From assembly GCA_040290255.1 (NCBI GenBank), contig PSMU01000002.1:256001-320000 (forward strand): 64,000 nucleotides of DNA, written 5' to 3'. The notes beneath the pieces were generated by a model. That model did no database searches. It was not told where the DNA came from and was given only the letters and a program-made list of their open reading frames with translations. Below are positions 17,555 through 27,800 of the stretch, piece after piece. This stretch comes from Nitrososphaerota archaeon (GTDB lineage Archaea; Thermoproteota; Nitrososphaeria; PSMU01). Position 1 is the stretch's first letter. Each line of letters opens with the position of its first letter. The position numbers and the translations under genes are program-made.

Positions 17555-18949
17555 TTAGCCCACCGCGCCCGTCATCTCAAGCTCTATGAGCCGGTTGAAC
17601 TCCACGGCATACTCCATGGGCAGCGTCTTGGTGAAGGGCTCCAAGAAGCCCATCACCACGAGGTTGAGCGCCTCGGACTCCGTGAGGCCCCTGCTCATGA
17701 GGTAGAAGAGCTGGTCCTCGCCCACCTTCCCCACGGTCGCCTCGTGGGTGACGGTGGCGTCGCTCTCATAGATCTCCATATAGGGATACGTATCGGTCCT
17801 GGAGCGCTCATCGAGCAGGAGCGCGTCACACCTTACGCCCGCCTTCACGTTCGTGGCGCCCCTGGCCACGTGCACGAGGCCTCGGTATGTGGTCCTCCCG
17901 CCGTCCTTGGAGACCGACTTCGAGGTGATGCGAGATGTGGTGTTGGGCGCCAGGTGCACGGCCTTCGCGCCCGCATCCTGATGCTGGTCCTTGCCCGCAA
18001 AGGCTACGCTCAAGATCTCCGCCCTGGCCCCGGGCCCGACCATATACACGCTGGGGTACTTCATGGTGACCCTGCTGCCCACGTTCGCGTCCACCCACTC
18101 GACGAAAGCATTCCTGTGGGCGATTGCCCTCTTCGTAACGAGGTTATAGACGTCCTTGCTCCAGTTCTGAAGCGTGGTGTACCTGACGTGGGCGCCCTCC
18201 ATCGCGATGATCTCGACCACCGCGCTGTGCAGCGATTGAGTGGAGTAAACCGGCGCCGTGCAGCCCTCCAGGTAATGCACCTTACTATAGGGCTCGGCGA
18301 TTATGAGCGTGCGCTCGAACTGGCCTATGTTGGAGGCGTTGATCCTAAAGTAGGCCTGCAGCGGCAGCTCCACGTGAACGCCGCGCGGCACGTAGACAAA
18401 GCTCCCCCCTGACCATACGGCCGTGTTGAGGGCCGCGAATTTATTATCCTCAGGAGGGATGACCGTCCCAAAGTACTTCCGGACGATGTCGGGGTACTTC
18501 TGCACGGCCGTGTCCGTGTCACAGAAGATTACGCCCTTCTTCTCCAAGTCCTCCCTTATCCTATGGTATACGACCTCGCTTTCATACTGGGCACCAACGC
18601 CCGCCAGGAACTTTCTCTCGGCCTCAGGAATGCCCAGCCTTTCGAAGGTCTTCTTTATGTACTCCGGCACCTCCTCCCAGCTCCGGGCCTTGCCCTCCGT
18701 GGGCCTGGCATAGTACCTTATGTTATGGAAGTCAAGCCCGCTCAGGTCCGCTCCCCAGGTGGGCATCGGCTTCCTTAGGAAGACTTCATAGGCCCTCAGC
18801 CTTATCCTCGTCATCCATTCAGGCTCCCTCTTCAGCTCCGAGATGGCCCTGACCACGCGCTCGCTGAGCCCCGGCTCGAGCAGGACCTCGTACTTCACGG
18901 GGTCCTTGAAGTCGTACTTGGAATAGTCGAAGTGTATCGAGGAGCTCAT
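17555..18949 (-). CDS. sufB: Fe-S assembly protein SufB
   Basis: AVWSGGSF, GQFERTLI, YLEGCTAP, CDALLLD, FYLMSRG. Confidence 0.96.
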   Translation of the reverse strand: MSSSIHFDYSKYDFKDPVKYEVLLEPGLSERVVRAISELKREPEWMTRIRLRAYEVFLRKPMPTWGADLSGLDFHNIRYYARPTEGKARSWEEVPEYIKKTFERLGIPEAERKFLAGVGAQYESEVVYHRIREDLEKKGVIFCDTDTAVQKYPDIVRKYFGTVIPPEDNKFAALNTAVWSGGSFVYVPRGVHVELPLQAYFRINASNIGQFERTLIIAEPYSKVHYLEGCTAPVYSTQSLHSAVVEIIAMEGAHVRYTTLQNWSKDVYNLVTKRAIAHRNAFVEWVDANVGSRVTMKYPSVYMVGPGARAEILSVAFAGKDQHQDAGAKAVHLAPNTTSRITSKSVSKDGGRTTYRGLVHVARGATNVKAGVRCDALLLDERSRTDTYPYMEIYESDATVTHEATVGKVGEDQLFYLMSRGLTESEALNLVVMGFLEPFTKTLPMEYAVEFNRLIELEMTGAVG

Positions 18950-19725
18950 GCCTGCTTCAGCACCCCCTCGTAGCCTATCCTTTCCACCTCATCCGCCAGC
19001 TCGGGCCCGCCCGACCTGATGATCCTCCCATCGACAAGGATATGGACAAAGTCGGGCCTCACGTACTGTAGGATCCTGTTATAGTGAGTGATCAGGATCA
19101 TGCCCACCTCAGGCCCCCTGTATGAGTTGATGGCCGCCGATACCCTCTTGAGCGCATCTATATCCAGGCCCGAGTCGGTCTCGTCCAGCACCACGAGCGA
19201 GGGCCTGAGCACGGCCATCTGAAAGATGTCGCCCATCTTCTTCTCGCCGCCGGACCAGCCATCGTTAACGTACCTGTTGGCGAAGTCCTGTGGGAGGCCT
19301 ATCTTGGCCAGGCTATCGAAGAAGTGCCTCCTGAACTCCACGATGGTCGGCTTGGGCGCGCCGGGGGGCCTGGTGGCGTTATAGGCGGCCCTCATGAAGT
19401 TAAAGAGCGAGAGTCCGGAGATGGGCACGGGATACTGGAAGGCCAGGAAGAGGCCGCGCCTGGCCCTCTTATCGGCGGAGAGGGAGGTTATATCTTCCCC
19501 GTTGAGCAGGATCTGGCCCCCATCGACCTTATACTTAGGGTGGCCCATGAGCGTATAGGCCAAGGTGCTCTTGCCCGAGCCGTTAGGGCCCATGATCGCG
19601 TGCACCTCTCCCTTACTCACCGCCAGGTTAACCCCCTTGAGCACCTGCTTGCCCTCGACGCTTACGACCAGCTCCCTGACCTCCAGCCTATCGAACTCAG
19701 GGATCTGTACAGAAGATGCCTGCAT
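18946..19725 (-). CDS. sufC: Fe-S assembly ATPase SufC
   Basis: GPNGSGKST, FLAFQYP, SGGEKK, LDETDSGLDID, ITHY. Confidence 0.95.
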   Translation of the reverse strand: MQASSVQIPEFDRLEVRELVVSVEGKQVLKGVNLAVSKGEVHAIMGPNGSGKSTLAYTLMGHPKYKVDGGQILLNGEDITSLSADKRARRGLFLAFQYPVPISGLSLFNFMRAAYNATRPPGAPKPTIVEFRRHFFDSLAKIGLPQDFANRYVNDGWSGGEKKMGDIFQMAVLRPSLVVLDETDSGLDIDALKRVSAAINSYRGPEVGMILITHYNRILQYVRPDFVHILVDGRIIRSGGPELADEVERIGYEGVLKQA

Positions 19726-19782
19726 TTTAACCTGCCGCAGGGAGGCGCCATGCTATTTAAGTATAACGGCGTTATCAGAGGC

Positions 19783-21477
19783 TTATCCGTAGGAGTACCT
19801 TACGCCATGCCCTTCCCTCTCGTGGCCGAAGTCGACCGCCTCCGGCGGGCCTATCGTCCCGCACGTTCCACAGGCCACGCAGGCCACGTGGTCGAACCGC
19901 ACAGCTCCCTGCGCTATCTCCTGCCTTGTCCTCCGAAGCGCCTCCCTTTCGGGCCTCCTCAGGCCCATCTCCCTGAGCAGCGCTAGGTTGTAGAGGTAGA
20001 GATCCCTGAAGGAGGCGAAGACGCCCTTCGGAGTAACGAGCGTATAGCAGTTGACGGGGCAGAGCGGCACCCAAGCCTTGACGGGATCCCTCGCGGCGCG
20101 CTCATAGTTCACCCTTATGTGGGAATACTCCTTGTCCTCATCATAGATGAGCAGGCCAGTCCTCTGCTGAACCCTCTGAATGGCGTCCTGCTGCTGGTAA
20201 GCGGAGCGGGCCGGCCCCTTTCGCCTTTGCGCCAGCCTCAGCGTGAAGAGCAGCGAGGGCACGAGCCTATAGGCCACATACCCCTCGGTGAGCAGCGAGT
20301 TCCACCGGGAGCGCGCTATGTCCTTGTAGATGGGCGCGAGCAGCTGGCGGTAGAGCGAGAGCCCCGCCGCGGTGAAGTCCCCCAACTGCTTTGCCCTGAG
20401 GTACGCCTGGGCCGCCATGATGCCAGTCGCTATGGCGCGCCTGATGCCATCTATCAGGGCCCCAATCTTAACGAAGCAGCCGAGGGCATCGCCAGCGACC
20501 AAGAAGCCGTCCCTCAGCGGCTCCTTGAGCATGGCCTGGGGCCCCTTGGGTATGTTATGGGCGGAGTACTCCACCAACTTGGCCCCCTCTAGGAGGGGGG
20601 CGACGATAGGGTGCCGCTCGAACTCCTCCAAGAGGTCCAGCGGCTTGCCCACTTGGTCGAAGTGGCGGGTGCAGGCCTTCACGAGGGAGGCCAGAGAAGC
20701 CACTATGCCCACGGAAAGCGTGTCCTTATTCGTGTAGATGAAGGCGCCTCCCGTGACGCCCCTCATGAAGTGGCCCAGGTAGGTATAGGCGACGCCCTCC
20801 TGGGCGCCCTTTAGTCCAAACCTCCTGTTTATCTCCTCCTCGCCCAGCTGGTAGACATGCTTTACGCCATGGTACACGTCCTCGGGCTGAAGTCGGGGCC
20901 TAAGCCCGGCCTGCTCCACGAGCTTCGAGGTCACGCCTGAAGCGTCTATGACCACGTTCGCCTTCAGCTCCTCCTTTGTGGTCCTCACGCCCGTAACGCG
21001 GCCGTTCTCCAGCAGCAGCGCCTCGACCGTCTGCTCGGTGGCTATCATGGCGCCCGCCTCCTCCGCCTTCTGCGCAAACCATCTGTCAAAGCGGGCCCTC
21101 AGCACGGTCCAGTCATGGCCCGTGGAAACATCCAGGCCCGTAAGGCCCAGCCTCGTAAGCAGGCTCTTCTCGTCAAGCTCCTTATAGCTCCACCAGCTCT
21201 CGCCATTGGCCTCGGCGGCCCGGGAGAGCAGGAAGACCCTCTGCGCCACGACCCTTCTCTCCAGGGGGGCCTCGGCCTCAAAGTTGGGCAGGAGGTCCAA
21301 GAGCCCATAGCCCTTCTCGTACGAGCCATAGAGCACGCCTCCCGTGACGTTCCTGTGCCCAGGCACGCGGGCCTTCTCGAGGACCAGGACATCACAGCCC
21401 CTACTCGCCAGGTAGTAGGAGGCCGCGGAGCCCGCGGGGCCTGCCCCCACAACTATTGCGTCGAATTCGGCCCCCAT
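19783..21477 (-). CDS. fixC: FixC-type ETF:quinone oxidoreductase fused to a FixX-like ferredoxin
   Basis: GAGPAG, KN/RNVTGG, EYSAHNIP, AGDA; C-terminal CPVNCY...CVACGTC...GVRYSYG. Confidence 0.85.
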   Translation of the reverse strand: MGAEFDAIVVGAGPAGSAASYYLASRGCDVLVLEKARVPGHRNVTGGVLYGSYEKGYGLLDLLPNFEAEAPLERRVVAQRVFLLSRAAEANGESWWSYKELDEKSLLTRLGLTGLDVSTGHDWTVLRARFDRWFAQKAEEAGAMIATEQTVEALLLENGRVTGVRTTKEELKANVVIDASGVTSKLVEQAGLRPRLQPEDVYHGVKHVYQLGEEEINRRFGLKGAQEGVAYTYLGHFMRGVTGGAFIYTNKDTLSVGIVASLASLVKACTRHFDQVGKPLDLLEEFERHPIVAPLLEGAKLVEYSAHNIPKGPQAMLKEPLRDGFLVAGDALGCFVKIGALIDGIRRAIATGIMAAQAYLRAKQLGDFTAAGLSLYRQLLAPIYKDIARSRWNSLLTEGYVAYRLVPSLLFTLRLAQRRKGPARSAYQQQDAIQRVQQRTGLLIYDEDKEYSHIRVNYERAARDPVKAWVPLCPVNCYTLVTPKGVFASFRDLYLYNLALLREMGLRRPEREALRRTRQEIAQGAVRFDHVACVACGTCGTIGPPEAVDFGHEREGHGVRYSYG

Positions 21478-21479
21478 GC

Positions 21480-22610
21480 CTATTGAGCCCGAGGCGTCAG
21501 CAGCTCCTCCTTCCCCGCCCTCACGGCCTTAATCAGCTCGGGCACCACCTCATATAGGTCGCCCACGATGGGATAATGGGCCAGCTCGAAGATGGGCGCA
21601 GAGGGGTCTAGGTTCACCGCTATGATCTTCTTGCTCCTCATCATCCCCACCTTGTGCTGGACGGCGCCGCTCACGCCCAGCGCTATGTAAACATCGGGCG
21701 CGACGGTCTTGCCCGTCTGGCCTATCTGCCGCTCCTTCACGGCCAATCCCTCCAGCTCCTTGAGCTCGGCGTAGAGCAGGGCCCTCGTAATCCCCAACTC
21801 CACCTTAACTCCATAGCGCTCCGAGATGGCCTGTGCCAGCTCGCCCGCCAGCCTCCATGCTTCCGAGGGGCTCCTGGGCCTCCCCTTCCCGTCGCGCAGG
21901 ATTCCGAGGCCCAGTGTGATGACTACCTGAGCCCCCTCAAGGTCAATGGGATCCTTGGGGATCCTCGAGACCTCGAGCAGCCTTATCACGAAGTCCTCCG
22001 GCTGAAGTTCTGGAGCGAAGAACTCCAGCACGCCCCGGCGAGAAGGATTCCTGGGCAGGGGCGAAAAGTTTCCCGGCCTTATCGTGGCCATCTGCGGCCT
22101 GTGCCTGAGCGTGTATATTTTGGCCACCCGGGTCGCGAAGTCCGGCCGGACCTGGGCCAGGACCTTCTTGTACACCGTCTGCGTGGGCGCATGTAGGTAA
22201 TCCTCCACCCTGAGGTCTATGTTATCCGTGGCGAGCCCCGTGCCCAGCCGGTAGGCCAGGCGAGGGGCCAAGTCCCTGCCCACCTCGTCGGCCACGAAGA
22301 GGAAAGCGTTGGGCCTGTAGAGCCTGACGAGCTGCTCCAGCGCCCGCGCATAGGGCAGGCAGAGATAGTGCTCCAGGCTTGGCCCTTCTACGCAGATGAC
22401 CTTATCCGCGCCGTAATATATGGGCTCATGCCTCAGGGCCTCGAGCCCGTGGCCCACCAGCACGGCCACGACCTGCTCCCCCAGCTGGTCCGCCACCGAG
22501 CGCGCCGCGGCGAGGATCTCTAGCGTGGGCCTGGTGAGCGCTCCGTCCTCATGCTGGGCATAGACCCAGACATCCCTATAGCCCGGTATGCCCTCGACCA
22601 CCTTGCTCAT
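21480..22610 (-). CDS. fixB: Electron transfer flavoprotein alpha subunit
   Basis: GRDLAPRLA, HRPQMATIRPG, QIGQTGKTVAP, GVSGAVQH. Confidence 0.9.
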   Translation of the reverse strand: MSKVVEGIPGYRDVWVYAQHEDGALTRPTLEILAAARSVADQLGEQVVAVLVGHGLEALRHEPIYYGADKVICVEGPSLEHYLCLPYARALEQLVRLYRPNAFLFVADEVGRDLAPRLAYRLGTGLATDNIDLRVEDYLHAPTQTVYKKVLAQVRPDFATRVAKIYTLRHRPQMATIRPGNFSPLPRNPSRRGVLEFFAPELQPEDFVIRLLEVSRIPKDPIDLEGAQVVITLGLGILRDGKGRPRSPSEAWRLAGELAQAISERYGVKVELGITRALLYAELKELEGLAVKERQIGQTGKTVAPDVYIALGVSGAVQHKVGMMRSKKIIAVNLDPSAPIFELAHYPIVGDLYEVVPELIKAVRAGKEELLTPRAQ

Positions 22611-23788
22611 CGCCCGAACACCTCCTCCACCAACATGTTCAGCGTGAAGGTGGTGAGCTTCCCCTCTGCCCTTAGCCTCTCCTTGAGCTCCTGGGGCAGG
22701 GCATCGGCGAGCTCGCCCCTCTTAAAGGGGCCAAGGCTTTGGCCGTCCCAGCTGAGGGCGGGCAGGTCCTCGGCGAAGACCAGGCTCCTGCCCACGAACT
22801 TTCTCACGGGGGGCCGGCCGATGTCGACGCCGGGGCCGACGAGCGTGGGCGAGCCGGCGAGGCCTATCTTATCCGGCTCGGCCTCTATTGCCGCTGCATC
22901 CCAGACGATGGGCTGGGGGGTCTTGCCCCTGTAGTTATTTAAGCGGGCCTGGGGCCTTGTGGAGGCCGATATGGGAGGGGGCCTATAGGAGGGGGCTATC
23001 GTCAGCAGCATCGGCAGGGGGCCCGCGAGCCTTTGGAGGTAGGAGCCTATGCGCCTGAGGGCGACGACCTCCCTGCCCGAGTCAGCCAGCGAAAATTCAA
23101 GCACGAAGGTGATGTGCCCCACGATCCTGCCGAGCAGGTGGCTAAGTGCCTCGGCCACCTGAGGGCCCGTGCTGCCCGTCTCGCCGTCCGTGGTCTTTAT
23201 GCCGGCGAAGATGATGATGAGGCCCAGCTCTTCCTTCATCCCCTCCAGCTCCCGTAGGACTTCCTCCCTAGTGAGGGCGCCGCTGGCAAGGCGCGCGATG
23301 AGGTGATCCCTCACGGGCGGTAATTCGGAGTAGATCCTGTTGGGCAGAAGGTTCTTCCGGTATAGCTCCCGCGCCTTCTCGCTCACCTGCTCCAGGGGCG
23401 CGCCCCCCTCTATCAGCTTCCTGAGCTCCTCCAGGGCGGCGATATGCACGTCGAGCACCTTCTTTATGCCCCTCGCCAGCGTATAGGAGGTGGCCCACGT
23501 ATCAGCCCCGGCCATGCGCCTATCGCTGAGTATGTAGACCTCGTCCACGCCCTGCACCTGGCTATGGTAGAGCGGCATGGCGAGGGGTATTAGCTTCGGA
23601 TGAGGCCCCATGGAGATCGCTATGTGCTTGCCCCCCAGGGCCCTCTTTACATAGTCGCCCGCCTCAAAGGCCTTAGAGTCATGAGGGTTGAGGACGAGCT
23701 CCATCGCCTCGCGCCTTAGCACGCCGCCCGCCGTGACCACCTGCGTGGTGCGAGAGGGGACGGCTTTCGTCAGCGTGATAACCAGCAC
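22607..23788 (-). CDS. fixA: Electron transfer flavoprotein beta subunit (long form)
   Basis: LNPHD, SMGP, SDRRMAGADTWATSY, DGETGSTGPQVAE, GLAGSPT. Confidence 0.88.
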   Translation of the reverse strand: MLVITLTKAVPSRTTQVVTAGGVLRREAMELVLNPHDSKAFEAGDYVKRALGGKHIAISMGPHPKLIPLAMPLYHSQVQGVDEVYILSDRRMAGADTWATSYTLARGIKKVLDVHIAALEELRKLIEGGAPLEQVSEKARELYRKNLLPNRIYSELPPVRDHLIARLASGALTREEVLRELEGMKEELGLIIIFAGIKTTDGETGSTGPQVAEALSHLLGRIVGHITFVLEFSLADSGREVVALRRIGSYLQRLAGPLPMLLTIAPSYRPPPISASTRPQARLNNYRGKTPQPIVWDAAAIEAEPDKIGLAGSPTLVGPGVDIGRPPVRKFVGRSLVFAEDLPALSWDGQSLGPFKRGELADALPQELKERLRAEGKLTTFTLNMLVEEVFGR

Positions 23789-23843
23789 ACCGTGGCAGGC
23801 AGCGGAACCCTTTTAGGCTTAACTGGGCCCTCGCGAGCAGCAG

Positions 23844-24797
23844 TTGAAGGCCCTGTATTTCGACGGCGAGCGCCTATGGCTCAGGGAGGAGTACCCCATG
23901 CCCGAGCTCAAGAGCGGCTGGGGTCTGATCCGCGTCCTCCTGGCGGGCATCTGCAGGACCGACCTAGAAGTGCTCGAGGGCTATGCGGAGTTCAGGGGCG
24001 TGCTGGGGCATGAGTTCGTGGGCGTGCTTGAGCGGCCGCACGATCACCCACTTTCGGACAAAAGGGTCGTTGGCGAGATCAATGTGGGCTGCGGGCGCTG
24101 TGGGCTCTGCCGCGAAGGCCTAAGGAACCACTGTGAGCAAAGGAAGGCTATAGGTATAAGGGGCTGCGATGGGGCCTTTGCGGAATACCTTACCCTGCCC
24201 CTGGAGAACCTTCACGCAGTGCCGGAGGGGCTATCTCCGGAGGAGGCCGTCTTCGCGGAGCCGCTGGCCGCCGCCCTGGAGGTGATAGAGCAGGTACCGG
24301 TGCAGCGCGTCGCGCGCGCCGCCGTGCTGGGGGATGGAAGGCTGGGCCTCCTCGTGGCCCAGGTGCTACAGGGCGCGGGCCTCGATGTGACGCTGATAGG
24401 CAAGCATGAGGAGAAGTTGAGGCGCGCCAGGACGCTGGGCGTAAGGGCCCTGAGCAAGGGGGAGCTAGAGCCAGGCCTTAAGTTCGGCCTAGTCGTGGAG
24501 GCCACGGGGGATCCAAGGGGTCTTAGGGAGGCCATGGCGTTCGTCAGGCCCAGGGGCATCGTGGTCCTGAAATCCGCCTTCAAGGGAGAGATAGCGCTGG
24601 ACTTGGCCCAGGTCGTCGTGAACGAGGTGACGTTGGTGGGCTCGCGCTGCGGCCCCTTTGAGAGGGCGCTGAAGGAACTGAGCTGGCGGCGCATCAGGGT
24701 GAAGGAGCTGATCGATGGCATATATTCGCTTGATAGCTGGAAGGAGGCCTTTGACAAGGTGAAGCAGGGAGCGCTAAAGGTGCTCCTGCGCCCCTAA
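23844..24797 (+). CDS. Zinc-dependent medium-chain alcohol dehydrogenase
   Basis: GICRTD, GHEFVG, CGRCGLC...HC, GDGRLG. Confidence 0.9.
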   Translation: MKALYFDGERLWLREEYPMPELKSGWGLIRVLLAGICRTDLEVLEGYAEFRGVLGHEFVGVLERPHDHPLSDKRVVGEINVGCGRCGLCREGLRNHCEQRKAIGIRGCDGAFAEYLTLPLENLHAVPEGLSPEEAVFAEPLAAALEVIEQVPVQRVARAAVLGDGRLGLLVAQVLQGAGLDVTLIGKHEEKLRRARTLGVRALSKGELEPGLKFGLVVEATGDPRGLREAMAFVRPRGIVVLKSAFKGEIALDLAQVVVNEVTLVGSRCGPFERALKELSWRRIRVKELIDGIYSLDSWKEAFDKVKQGALKVLLRP

Positions 24798-24845
24798 GGC
24801 CTGAGGGGAGAAAGCAGCTTTTAGCCCCGTGCCGAAGGGCCTGCC

Positions 24846-27800
24846 ATGGGCTGGCCGGCAGCGCTCGCGCGCCGATATAGGCTCATCCTCGTTGGCTGGG
24901 GCATAGCCGCGCTGTTGCTTGCCTCACAGGCCCAGGGCTTTGACGGCCATCTCATCTACAGCTTCGATCCCTTCATTCCCGCCAGCCTTGAGGCGAAGAA
25001 GGCCCAGGACATGGCCCATGCCCTCTTTAACCAGAGCTCGCCAGATGCCGAGTTCGTCGTCATCAGCGGTCCCGAGGGCTTCGTGGCCACACAGGAGGCC
25101 CTGCAGCTCTTAAGGGAGCTCGGCCGCTCCATCGCGCAAGAGCCCGCGCTGAAGGGGCTCATCTCCGTGAACAGCTTGGCTTCGGTCTTTGACCGCATCA
25201 ACGCGACGTATTGGGAGCGGCTAAATGCTACGCTGGCCCAGCTAAGGCCGGGCCTCCTGGCCAACCTCACGCGCCTGCATGATGAGCTCTTTGGCCTGCT
25301 GCAGAGGCTGGCGCAGCTACATTCGGCCCTCTTCTCTCTCGCGAAGGCCGCCAATTCCTCTTCCGACGTCATATATGGCCTTCCCTCGCTATATCTTCAA
25401 GCCTGGTATCAGGCCGTTCAAAAGGTGAACCAGTCCAGCCCGGGCCAGCCGCTGCCCGTAGGGCTCATAAACTGGCTTGCCCTTACGGCCGTGAACTCCT
25501 CGCTTCCCGGCCAGAACAGGAACATCACGTACCCCTTCCTCTATGCCTTTTACAGCGCCTGGAATTCGAGCTTTACCGGGCCCTTTATTCAGCCTCAGGA
25601 CCTGCTGCCCTCCAATGCCCTGCTGAGGGCGCAGGCCGCCATAGACCGAACCGTGCCCCTGCTCTTCAACGCCACTGTCTTGGGCATGGCGGCTGAGCCC
25701 TTTTTGGTGGCCTGGAGGGCCATGAATATTACCCAATGGCAGGGCTCGGTCAACAGATTCGCGCTGGTGCTGCGGGCCTCCGTGGACGAGCTGGCCCGCT
25801 CGCAGGGGCTCGACCGAGCGCTGCTGCTTCAGCTGGCGGCGCTGGGGCAGGAGCCCTCACAGGAAGCCCTACAGGATATGGCGGTATCCCTGCTGAGCCA
25901 GAGGAGCGGCGCGGATCCCGGCCTACTGCGCAAGGTGGTTGCGCTGGGCCCCCAGCCGGCGCCGGGCGCGCTCGAGGGGTTGGCGACGGAGCTCCTTGAG
26001 GGCGTGCGGTCTGGCCTACTGGTGAAGTTCCCGCCTCCCCGATACCCCTCCTCCATTCCCAGCTCCATCTTCTCTCAGCTCTCGGATAAGGGAAACGCCA
26101 CCACCTACATCTTGGTCACCTTTCAGGGGAACCTGAGCAGGGAGAGCTCCTTCTCCAACGTGCAGGCGCTGAGGTCGCTGGTGCATGCCAGAACGAGCTC
26201 CTCGGCCGGCCTAAAGCTGTACGTTACGGGCGGCTACAGCTTCTCATATGACGTAAGCGCGCTCCATAGCAGCGACGTACAAAACATAGACCGCGTCACC
26301 GTGCTGGTCGTCTTCGCGCTGCTGGCGGCGCTGCTCGCCTCGCTGGTGGCGCCCCTCCTCCCCCTGGCGCTCATCGGCTCGGCGCTGCTCATGAGCCTGG
26401 GCGTGCTCGCGCTGCTGGCCCAGGTGGGCTTCAAGCTCTTCTATTTCGTAAGAAGCACCATAAGCGTCGTCACCCTGGGCGCCGGGATAGATTACGTCAT
26501 TTACATGCTCTTCAGGTACCTTGAGGAGAGGGAGAACGGAGCGCCCACGCAGGAGGCCATTCAAAAGACGACCAGGTACGCGGGGGAGACGGTGGTCACC
26601 AGCGCGCTGGCCGTCGCGATAGGCTTCGGCTCCCTGGCCACCAGCAGGGTGGGGCTGCTACAGAGCCTGGGGCTAAGCCTGGCGCTGGGCGTGCTGCTGG
26701 CCCTCTCCGCCGCCCTCCTGCTCGTGCCTTCGCTGCTCTACCTGCTGCGGGACGCCATTCTGTGGCCGCGGCGCACGCTCCCCTCCTTTTCCTACAGGCT
26801 TCAGCTCTTCAGGGCCGCCGCGAACGTGGCCATTAAGCATAGAAGAAAGGTGATAGCGGCTGGCCTCATCGCGACCGCGCTCCTTGGGCTGCTGGCCCTC
26901 TCGATGAGCAGGACCTACAACGACCTAGATATGGTGCCGGCCCTTGAATCAAAGCGAGGCTTTGAACTCATCCTCGCCGGCTTCGGCGCCCAGCCCCTCT
27001 CGCCCGCGTACGTGGTGCTGAGCACCCACGCGGCCCTGTTCAGCTCGGGCACCGTGAATTCGAGCGTCTATCAAGCGTTAGATGACGTCTGCTCCGCCAT
27101 CGCCTCCACGCCGGGCGTGAGGGCGGACAGCGTGCGCTGCCCCACCAGGCCCCAGGGAAAGTACGTAACCCCCGATGCGTTGCGATATAACGAAAGCTCC
27201 CCCTACATAGGCAGAGACGGCACCAGCTATCTCTTCCGGCTCAGCCTAGAGAGCTTCTACTCCTCCGAGCAGGCCTTCAGCACGATACGGCAGCTCAGGC
27301 AGAACCTGGCGAGCGGGCTGCGAGCGGAGCCCGTGCTTGCCGGAGCGACGGCGTACGTAGGAGGGCCCGCGGCCTTTTACCTGGACCTCTCGACGGCCAT
27401 CAACGAGGACTACGCTAGGGCGATTATTCCGGCCGCCTTTATAGGCATCTTCATCGTCCTGCTGCTTCTCCTTCGCTCGGCCGTGATCCCCCTTCTCTTC
27501 CTCGTGACCACGGTCATGAGCACCATATGGACGCTGGGCCTGCTGGTGGCCGTCTTCCAGCTCCTGCTTCACGTGGACATCTACTGGCTCACCCCCATCA
27601 TCCTGTTCACCGTGCTGATAGGCCTCGGCATGGACTACAACGTGTTCCTGATTACAAGGGTCAGGGAGGGTGTGCTGCAGGGCCTGGCCGACGAGGAGGC
27701 CGCCGCCAAGGCGGTCGAGAGGACGGCCCTTGTGCTTACCGGGGCTGGCCTGATCATGGCCGCGGCCTTCGGGAGCCTGCTCGTGAGCGCCGACTATGTG

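Noticed and set aside
17381-18412. Long antisense or alternate-frame ORFs (also 5564-6433, 10410-11258, 35311-36135, 42475-43344)
   Set aside because: Shadow ORFs of well-conserved genes, expected at high GC; no motifs.
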